This document shows, in pieces, positions 27,714 to 38,500 of a stretch of 64,000 nt of DNA. The stretch spans positions 372,001 to 436,000 of the forward strand of contig JAPDFW010000136.1 in the NCBI GenBank assembly GCA_028826165.1, given 5' to 3'. This DNA comes from Anaeramoeba ignava BMAN. Taxonomy: Eukaryota > Protista > Anaeramoebae. Made by a program: the position numbers and the translations under genes. Each line of letters begins with the position of its first letter. Within the stretch, counting starts at the first letter, position 1. The notes beneath the pieces were generated by a model, which made no database searches, was not told the DNA's origin, and worked only from the letters and a program-made list of their open reading frames with translations.

Positions 27714-30700
27714 ATGAATCGAAATTTAATTACTTTTCCTTTTTCTTTAAATTTAAGAAAACAACTAATTTCAAATGGTTTATATTTTGAATCTGATTTA
27801 AGTCAACTTTCTGAAAATCAAAATCAAAATCAAAATGAAAATCAAAATGAAAATATAAATCAAAATCAAAATGAAAATCAAAATATAAATGAAAATCAAA
27901 ATCAAAATCAAAATCAAAATCAAAATCAAAATCAAAATCAAAATCAAAATCAAAATCAAAATCAAAATATAAATCAAAATCAAAATCAAAATCAAAATCA
28001 AAATCAAAATGAAAATCGAAATCAAATTCAAAATATAAATCAAAATGAAAATCAAAATCAAATTCAAAATCAAAATCAAAATCAAAATCAAAATCAAAAT
28101 ATAAATCAAAATAAAAATCAAAATCAAAATCAAAATCAAAATCAAAAATCAAAATGAAAATCAAAATCAAAATCAAAATCAAAAAATCAAAATGAAAATC
28201 AAAATCAAAATCAAAATATAAATCAAAATATAAATCAAAATCAAAATGAAAATGAAAATCAAAATATAAATCAAATTCAATATCAATATCAAAATATAAA
28301 TCAAATTATAAATCAAATCATAAATCTAGATCAAAATCAAAATCAAAATATAAAATCAAAATGAGAATTTAAACAAATTACTACCATTTTCAAAAGAAAA
28401 AATTGAAAAAATTCAAGAAATTGAAAATACGATAAAAAGTTTTGTCAAAGGATCAACAGGACAAGAAGAACTAAATCAAGAACAAAATCAACAACAATTT
28501 ACAACATTATCACCTTCATTTGATTCTCTTCTTCGAGGAGGGATTTATACAGGAAAATTATTAGAAATTTGTATGTGAATGAAAAAAGAAAAAAACAATT
28601 TTTAAAAGAAGAAATTTTAAATATTTTTTTAAATTGTGTTTTTTTTTTTGGATTTAAAGGTGGATTATCTGGAACAGGAAAATCTCTTCCAATTGATTCA
28701 TTTGTTGTAACAAAGAATGGTTTTTATCCAAACGGCAAGTTATTTCCTGGAATGTTTGTGTGTAATTCAAAAGGTGGAGTTTCAAAAATATTAGCAATTT
28801 TTCCTCAAGAAAAAAAACTTCCTGTTTATAAAATTATTTTTAGCAACGGAGATTCTGTTGAGAGTTCTTTGGACCATTTGTGGGTCGTTAATAATGAATT
28901 GGAAAATAAAAAACAACTTGTTAATACGCAGTATCTTTATCAAAAAGTGATGGATGAACGCAATTTATATTCATTTTCAATATCAACACCCAAAATTGTG
29001 TTTTTTTCTGAAAAAAAATTACCAATTCATCCTTATTTATTTGGCTCTTTTATTGCGTATTTGGATTGCTCTTTTCAATACCTAAATTTTCAACAAAATA
29101 ACTCGCTTGTTTCTATTCGTTTTTTATTGAAATTGTTGGGAAAATATAGTTGGAGAAAAAAAGAACATTTGGAATTGATTCAAAAATTGATTGCAAATCA
29201 AAAGCAGAATTTGAACCAAAAAATTAAATGCTCAATTCCAAAATCAACAATATTTAATTCAAAGAAAAACAGATTCAGTTTTATTCAAGGATTGTTTGAT
29301 TTTTATTATGAAAAAAATTATATCAAAATCGATGACAAAACAAATCATTTGGTTCATTTTATAAACAAGAAAAAAATTGGAGAAAAACTTAAAATCATTT
29401 TGGAATCTTTTGGAGGGATTTCCACAATTAAAAAAAATTATTCTGAAGGAGAAATCAATCAATGGATTTGTGAAATTCAACACAAAAAAATTTGGAAGTT
29501 GTTCAAAATTTATCGCGATGAAATGAAAGAAAAAACAAGGAAAAAAATAAGAACAATTCGTCGAAAAATTTCGCAAATTGTTTTTTCAAGAAAAGTTGAA
29601 TGCTTATGTGTATTGCTTGATTCACCAGATCATCTTTATTTAACAAATCATTTTGTAGTAACACATAATACCCAATTAGCAATGCAACTCTCATTAAGCG
29701 TTCAATTACCACTTTCTTATCATGGACTGAATGCAAAATGTGTTTATATTGATACAGGAGCTGGTTTTTCAATCAGTAGAATGGCTGAAATTGCTGATGG
29801 AATTTCAAATCGATTAACTCAAAATTTTTATTTGAATAATTTTTCACAAATTGATTTACAACAAGTTTCCAATTTGAAACGTGATTTTATTCATAATATT
29901 TATTATTATTCACTTCATAACCATTTTGCTCAACTTGCTATTTTGAATATTCTTCCAGATTTATTAAAAAAGGATCCACAAATCAAGCTTATAATTTTTG
30001 ATAATATATCTTTTTTTTTCAAAAAATCAGTTACAGGATGGGAAGAATCAACACAGATAATTGGGTATTTTGGAGAATTCTTATTAACATTAGCAGCTGA
30101 ATATCAAATTAGTGTATAATTTATTAATAAAATTGAATTTTATAATTTATTAATAATAATTGAATAATAATTTAATAATAATTGAATAATAATTGAATAA
30201 TAATTTGAATAATAATTGAATAATAATTTTATAATTGAATAATAATTGAATAATAATTAAATTAATTGAATAATAATTTAATAATAATTAAATAATAATA
30301 ATTGAATAATAATAATTGAATAATAATTGAATTTTATAATTGAATAATAATTGAATAATAATTTATTAATAATTAAATAATAATTGAATAATAATTAAAT
30401 AATAATTGAATAATAATTGAATAATAATTGAATAATAATTGAATAATAATTGAATAATAATTGAATAATAATTGAATAATAATTGAATAATAATTTAATA
30501 ATAATTGAATAATAATTTAATAATAATTGAATAATAATTTAATAATAATTGAATAATAATTTAATAATAATTGAATAATAATTGAATAATAATTTATTTA
30601 TAATTAATAGATTGTTATTATAATTTAAAATTTAATAATAATTTAATAGAAATTGAAAAATTTAATAGATTGTTGTTTTTGTCATCTTTAGGAAATTGAA

Positions 30701-30962
30701 AATGTTTTTCCATCTTTAGGTAAAATATTATTTCTTATTTATTATTTATTATTTATTATTTATTATTTATTATTTATTATTTATTATTTCTTATTTCTTA
30801 GGTGAATTATGGCAACATTATCCAAATCAACAATTAATTCTTTTTCAAAAATTAATTGAAAAAAATCAAAAAGAACTTAAAAGACAAGCAATTCTTACAA
30901 AAAGTTCATTTCTTCCAAAAAAATTAATTGAATTTGAAATTAAAAAAGAAGGAATTTTTTAA
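27714..30962 (+). CDS. RAD51C: RAD51 paralog C, interrupted by an intein at Walker A; multi-exon with an N-terminal QN tract
   Basis: N-terminus MNRNLITFPFSLNLRKQLISNG resembles RAD51C. Core after removing intron 28571..28659 and the intein: FTTLSPSFDSLLRGGIYTGKLLEICGLSGTGK|TQLAMQLSLSVQLPLSYHGLNAKCVYIDT. Walker B is LIIFDNI. C-terminus PSLGELWQH...RQAILTKSSF...FEIKKEGIF, with TAA at 30960-30962. Confidence 0.88.
28683..29669 (+). mobile_element. Intein (329 aa) with degenerate LAGLIDADG homing endonuclease; class 3 WCT signature
   Basis: In-frame insert between GTGK and TQ. Block A SLPIDSFVVT; block B SSLDHLW; block F ECLCVLLDSPDHLYLT; block G VVTHN followed by extein +1 Thr. Endonuclease remnants are PYLFGSFIAYLD, FIQGLFDFYY and LKIILESFGG. 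Confidence 0.95.
30150..30600. repeat. Intronic 12-bp satellite (aataataattga-type) in RAD51C
   Basis: Tandem units follow the GT donor near 30114. Confidence 0.85.
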
Positions 30963-31194
30963 TTTTTTAATTTTTTGGATCAAAATAATAAAAAAAAAAG
31001 ATTAAATGAAAATTTTTTTTTATTAAAATTTTTCGAACTTTTCTTTTTCAAAAATGAAATGAAATGAAATGAAAGAAAATTTCCATTGTTAAAAGGATTG
31101 ATTGAATCAAAAAAAAAAGCAAAAAAAAATGATCCTAAAAAAAAAAGAAAAATTTGGATTGGAAAAAAAAAATCAAAATCAAACAGGATTTGGT

Positions 31195-32373
31195 TTAAAT
31201 CTTGTTTCTGTCAGCAATAGCACGAACAATACAACCAATTCCTCCTTTTTCCAATGTTGCAGCATGCCATTTGAATAAAGTTGATGAATGTTGATGATAT
31301 TCAAGTCCTCGATAAATAAACTTCATTAATAGATTAATTTCTTCTTGGTTTAATTTATCAATTGATGATTTAATTGATTTTTCTTGAATTGCCATTAAAA
31401 CATTCATAGCAGTTTCAAAATTTTTTGTCTATTTTTGACAATTTTATAAATAAATTTTCATTTTTAATTTTAATTTTAATTTTAATTATAATTTTAATTT
31501 TAATTTTGATATTAATTATAATTTTAATTTTAATTTTAATTTTCATTTTTAATTTTAATTTTAATTTTAATTTTAATTATAATTTTAATTATAATTTTAA
31601 TTTTGATTTTAATATTAATTTCATTTCAAATTTCATAAATGAATTTTAAATTTAATTTTAATTTTAATTTTAATTTTAATTTTAATTTTAATTTTAATTT
31701 TAATTTTAATTATAATTATAATTATAATATTAATTTTAATTTTAATTTTAATTTTAATTATAATTATAATATTAATTTTAATTTTAATTTTAATTTTAAT
31801 TATAATTATAATAATTTTAATTTTAATTATAATATTAATTTTAATTATAATATTAATATTAATTTTAATTTTAATTATAATTTTAATTTTAATTATAATT
31901 TCAATTTCAAATTAATATTAATTTTAATATTAATTTTAATTTCATTTCAAATTTCATAAATGAATTTTAAATTTTAATTTTAATTTTAATTATAAATGAA
32001 TTATAATTTTAATTTTAATTTTAATTATAAATCTTATAAATGAATTTTCAAATTAAAATTAAAATAAAAAAATACTTTAATTTGTTTTGTGAGATCATCT
32101 AATTCTTTTTTTTGTTGTTTTGTTAATTTTTCTTGTTCAGGAAATTTGTAAAATGGATTTGCTAAAGCTACAGAAAGAGCTGCTTCAGGATTTCCACTAA
32201 TTTATATTATAAAAATAAAATTTATTTATTGATTAAAAAAAAAAAAGCAAAAAAAAAAAAGAAAAAATTTTTTTTATTTAATTTATTTATTTAATAAATT
32301 ATTTTTTAATAATAAAAACTCACGAATTAACAAATGAAATGCATTCTTGTTCTCTTTGTTCTGCTTCTTCCAT
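31195..32373 (-). CDS. ARPC5: Arp2/3 complex subunit 5 (p16-Arc), 3 exons
   Basis: MEEAEQREQECISFVNS|GNPEAALSVALANP...|...LLMKFIYRGLE....LFKWHAATLEKGGIGCIVRAIADRNKI matches the ARPC5 signature. Confidence 0.92.
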
Positions 32374-32579
32374 TATTATTTTAATTTTAAAAAAAACAAA
32401 TTATTTTGAAAAAAAAAGAAAATTGAAAAAATGAAAATTAAAAAAATAAAAAAATTTTTTTATTTAAATGGGCAAAAGTAGAAAAAAAATTAAAAAATAA
32501 AAAAATATTTTTTTTTTCTCCTTTTTAATAAATTTTTTTTTTTTCATTTTTTTTCTTTTTAAAATAAAAAAATTTAAAT

Positions 32580-35500
32580 ATGGAATTAATTATTTTATCA
32601 AATAAATTATTATATCAAACACTTCAAAATCAAGATAAAAGAATTAAATCAGATAAAATGCTCGAAATTTTAATAAAAAATAAAAATAAATTTGAAAAAT
32701 TTCTTTTACTTTTTGATAAAAAAACAGAAAATCAAAATACAATCAAAATAAATGAACCAATTAAATTTTGTGGAAAGGAAATCATTGTTGATGAAAATCA
32801 AAAGCAATTTATACAAGAAATAAGCAAGAAATTAGATATCAATGAATTTACTAGTTTTGGAATGTTCCATTTATTTCTCAATATAAATCAACCAAATTTA
32901 ACGAACAAAATTGAATATAATGAAAAAACACTGAATCAAATATTCCATTTTTATTTAAAAGAGCGATTGTATTTGCTCAAGGTGTTTTATATATTGCTCA
33001 AAATTGCGCAAGATCGAAATCATCTTTATAATATTTCTGCGGTTGAAATTTTAAGAAAAACACCAACTCCAAAATCAACTATTCAGACTTTATTGTCTCA
33101 AATTGAATCAAATATCAAGAAAATTGCCGGTTTCCAACATACTCAAGTAAATTCTAAAGAGGACACAAGAAAATGGATTGACGAGTATGTTTTGGAGCAG
33201 GAAGTTTTGATGGAAATCATTTTCGCAATTATATATGCTCGAGCAGAAAATATTGATTCGGAATCAATTGTTATAATTTACCACAAATTCGCGCAATATT
33301 CCTTCTCTCAAACATTGCAATATTCTTTAGTTTCTGAAAAACGCAAAAGTAGCATTATAAGAACAGGTTTTCTTGCAATTCTGATTCTGATTGGAATTCT
33401 AAATTTGGACGAGTTTTTAAAGCGCATATTGAAATACGAAAATGAGGACAAAGAGGAAGAAATCAATTTGGAAAAACGCATCAAAATTCCCGATTTTTTC
33501 CCAGAGGTCTTTTTCCAAGAACAGAGCCAGAAGATAATCTGCCAAATATTGGATTCCTATCACGATTCTCCATACAATGGCCCTGTCATTTTGACTTGGT
33601 CAGTACTTTTTTGTAAAGCTACTGAGTTCGATCATAAATATGATCCTCTCTGTCAAAAATATGCTTTGAAAGCTTCGCAAATGGATTTTTTGGCATTTCT
33701 TCTGAAAATAATTCTCAGCGATGAAATCAATCAAGACAACTCAAATTTATTGTATTACAAAACCATTTTGAATTCCTTACTTGGACTTCTTGTTAATTTT
33801 ATCGATCTTCCCAATTGTCCCTTTAATGACCAAATTGTGGATCTTGCTTGCCAAATATATCACGGGCATCCTCAATTATGCAATAATTTTTGGGAATTTT
33901 TTGGCTCGAATTCTGAGTTCATTCCTTTGGTTGTTCATCTTGTTGATAATTTTCCACAGAACATTCTTGTATTCAACAAATTCATGGCCTCTTTGTGTTC
34001 AACATGCGAGTCATCATCTCGAGTGATTGATTTTCTTTCGCAAATGCGCAATTTCCAACAACCCATTTCTTTTGATGATTACGATGATAATTTCAATGAA
34101 TTTTTGCAAATATATCCTGATGGAAATAATCAACGTGTGGAGGTTCTTCAATCGTTTCATCTCCAAGGAATAAAAATTCCAAAAGGAACAAATGGACGTA
34201 TTCTTTCTGACAGTGAGATATCCAAAAACAGAGAGGATGAAATAATTTATCCTGATCAATTAGGGTTTTGGGTGATTGAATGGGATATCCCAGTGATTGA
34301 GCTTTTTTCAGGAATGATACAAGATTTATTGATGGAAACAAATTTTCAGCATTCAAATATTTCTGGGGAATTAGAACAAATCACATCAGTTTTTGAACTT
34401 ATTTATAATATCATTTCGTGCGGAGAACACAAAGAAAACCAACTTGAAAAAAGAATTGAAACTGAAGGGAATCATTTAAGCAATTTAAATAATTCAAGGG
34501 ATTTGAATAATAATAATAACAATAATAACAATAATAATAACAATAATAATAACAATAATAATAATATTGATATTGATATTGATATTGATAATGATATTGA
34601 TATATCATCTCGAAAAAAAAATATTGTTATAAAACTCCTAAAAAAAATGTGGCCATTCATCTCTAAATTTCAAAATGATGATTCTCTTGATCCCTCTTCT
34701 TCTTTGCTTCAAATTGCAATGCCTCAGTTTTTCCAAATTTTCCAGAAAGTTGCAACGCATAATATTTCATCCCCAATTTTATATCGTCTGCTTTCTTTCA
34801 GTCTTAAATGCATCTACGAATTCGCACTTTATAGACCCTCAGATGTTTGGGTTCTTATGAGTCAATTTGAATTTCTGCCTCAAAACACATCTATTAACAA
34901 CATGGAATCAAACACATTGCAATTTGTCCACGAGCAATATCCGGATATTTTGAAGAATTTACTGATGTATGTCGAGTGTGCACAGGGAAAATATTCACTT
35001 ACAATCTCGTTTCTCAGAATTTTCCATTTGTGCTTAAAAGACTATTTATCATGGGTTGTTTATCCTGATAGAAAAGAACTTTCAACATCGAACTTAAAAC
35101 AGACAAAAATACCTTATACAGTTGTGGAAATGCAGGGCATTTTGACTTATATTTGCAACAATATTTTTTCAATGTTTCGGACATGGAAATATGCCAAATT
35201 GAAGCACAGATGGCTCATTGGCATTTATATTCTTGATATTTTCAAGGAAATTTTGGATCACTTTTCATTTTCAACAAACGAATCAAAAAGAAGCAAATGG
35301 AGTTACGATACAGAATGGAATTATAACAAATCAGATGAAATGAGCACAGAATCGGAGTTGAACGAAAACTCAATCATGGCGCTGAGAAAATATTTGATGA
35401 ACCATTTTGTTTATAACACCCAAATGCACTCGGAACTTTTCCAGCTTGTTTCTTTAGGGCCATCTACAATCAAGAAAATATTCACAAATAAGAAAATCAC

Positions 35501-38500
35501 GGAAGGAAAATTTGTAGAAAAATTGGTGCAAAATTCACTGGATTTGTTCGATGATATTTTGCTGTATTGCAGAGAGGAATTCGAGGTTATAACCCCAATG
35601 GAAAATGCAATATTCGAAGATTCGACTCTTTCAAATGATGGCAAATCAACATTGATTCAAACATTGGTTCATTATATCGGGTATCCTTATTGTGATTCCA
35701 TCCCGCTATCTGCAATACGAATACTGGCTCATCTTTCTGAAATTTCATCCAAAGAACCGAGCCAATCAACAGCATTTATTTCCAATTTGTGGAGCGAGGC
35801 ACATTCACTCCGTAATTTCCTTCTTTACAAATTATTCAGCGACAGAGAGTTCCCACAAGTCAAAACGGAAATCATTAATTTGATCAAAATATCTTTGGAT
35901 TCAAATACAGGCATTGCTGTTATTTTTCTCACTTCGCTGGATTTTTTCGACCAGAACGAAATTCAAGAACCTCTTTTAAATGAAGAAAAAAGCGAGAAAA
36001 TAACAAGCAAACAGAAAATATTATCGCCAAATAGCGAATTGAACAGAGAGGAATCAAGATCAAAATTGATTGATTTTATTATTGAATTTGTTTCCAAACC
36101 AGAAAACTTCAAAGAATTCCCGAGATTGTTTTCAGTGATTGTGGAATTGATAATCTCAATTTGGGAACAAGGAAAAGACTATTTTGCAGCCATTTCGCAG
36201 ATGAACAATTTATCCAAATTTTGGGATAGTATTTTTTTCATTTTGGAAAAATCGGAAACATCAAAAGATGAAGAGAATGGATATTATTATGAAAGTTTCC
36301 AGAAGCAAATCCGAGGCGCAGTTTTCAGATTGATATCAAGAAATTTAATGATTTTAAATCCTGAATTTCAACACGAATCCTTCAGTGCCCATTTCAAAAG
36401 ATTTTTGCAGCAAAACACATCCAAACAGAACGCGGATTTGATTTTTAATTTCAAGCAAATTTTGAAGCATGCTTCCCAAATGAACCAAGAAATGGAGCCT
36501 CCAGAGGTCCAAATTGAAGAAGGACTTGATCTATCTTCATTTTTAAATCAGCCCACAAAACGTATTTATGGCAAAAATTTTTTGTTCAATATCGGGTTGG
36601 TCAAGAAAACTCTTGCGAAATATTTTAATAGCGAAAAACTCGAGCATCAAATCAAACAGCTTGAAATACTCAATTCCTTCTGGTCGCGTGTTGATAGCGA
36701 GTTTTTATTGTTCCGTTCATTTGCACAGTTTGTCAAGGTTGTTTTGGATAAAAATCCAGAAGTTTTAGTGGAAATTTGGCAATCTGATGAATTATTTCAA
36801 ATTTGGCAATCGAAATTAAGCAATATTTTGGAATCGAATAAATTGCTGAATTTTTTGAAATCGAACGAACTTACACGAATTTGCGGATCGAATGAGCTTT
36901 TGAAAATCTGCAAAACAGATCAAATTCTGCAAACACAAGAATTTAATGAACTTATAAAAGTTTGCGAACCAGAGAATTTATTGAAAATATTCAAATCAGA
37001 CGAATTTTCGAAAATTTGCAAATTGAAGGAATTATTGAGCATTTACGAATCATTTTTCACAGTGAACACGGATAAATCACTTAAAACGAGTGTTTCAAAA
37101 CAAACAATCATGAAAATCCACGACAAAAGCGATATTGGAGTTTTTCTACTGAAAAAAACACCTCGACTCCAAACATCAAGCGTTCTTTTGCCGTCAATAA
37201 CAAAAACAATGGGGATTTTGATCCCGTCAATGCATCTATCACCAAAACTAGCCGATGATGCTCTTTTCAATCTTTTAATCGCAGAAATCATTCTCATCAA
37301 TAACGAGATTGAGCATACAGAACAATTTTACGAAGCCTGTTTTGAAACACTTGAAATTGTTTGTGGAATCATTTCTTCAGGTTTCGAATACATCCAAAGA
37401 AGAAACTATTGTTTGTCAATCGTTGTTTTTGAGCAGTTAATCAAAAAATTGATTATCCAAAACCAGAATCAAAAAACCGATCCAAATCAAAATTCAAATT
37501 ACAAAAAAATTCTAATTCAGCAAAAAAGTTTGGAGTTTATTCACATGAAAAGAATAATCCCAAAAATATTCGAGTTATTAACGCAATTCATCAAATCATT
37601 GACAACAGAAAACGCTGAATTCAACGATAGTATCCAATACACAAACGAAACAATCAATTTGATTTCGAATATGAATTCATCATTTGAAAAAGAGAATTTA
37701 AAAGAAAATTTAAAAGAAAATTTAAAAGAAAATTTAAAAGAAGATGAAAAAAACATTTATCATGAAACACGTTCTGAAATGATTGAGAAAACATTCTCAT
37801 TCACAGAAGCACTATTGAATGTGCTTCTTATTTTGGCGATGGATCCAAGCTCTGCAGAAATGCTGAGCGAGAACGGAATAATCATTCTATTTACTTCTCA
37901 ATCAATTGATTTATTTTCATCATTTATTGTTTTGCCAACTTATTTAAATACACCAAACCCGACCATCTTTATTCGTTCCAAATGGAGCCGTTTTTGGAAC
38001 AAAATCTTGCTCATTGTATCAGCAATGATTGGATCGCTTAATCACAACATGAATTTTCTGAAGCAAGTGATCCAATTTGTTTCTGTTCATTATCAACGGA
38101 TTTCAAACGCTTTTTCTTTTCGCGGGACTTATATCGCAAGAAATCACGCACTTTCGATCCCGCTCACAATACACCAGGCGCAGGAAGAGGAGATGCACAA
38201 AATCATGCATCAGCAAGGCGCCAATTATCTCCATGAATTGACGCTTGGCTGGCTTGAAGAAATGGAATCATCAACTTTATTTCTTTCTGTTTTTTCCGAA
38301 CTTGGTTTGTCCGAATTTAAGAATACAGACGGCACCAACTTCGCTAATTTCGTTGAGCTTTCTTCCCGCCTCATCGCACACACAGAGTATTTATTATCGT
38401 CTTTGAATTACGAGAACATCTCAAAGCCAGTGTCTTCAATTGAAACCCAAATGGATCTTTCCGAGTTTTGCGGTTTGGTTGAAGAAAAAATCCTGATCAT

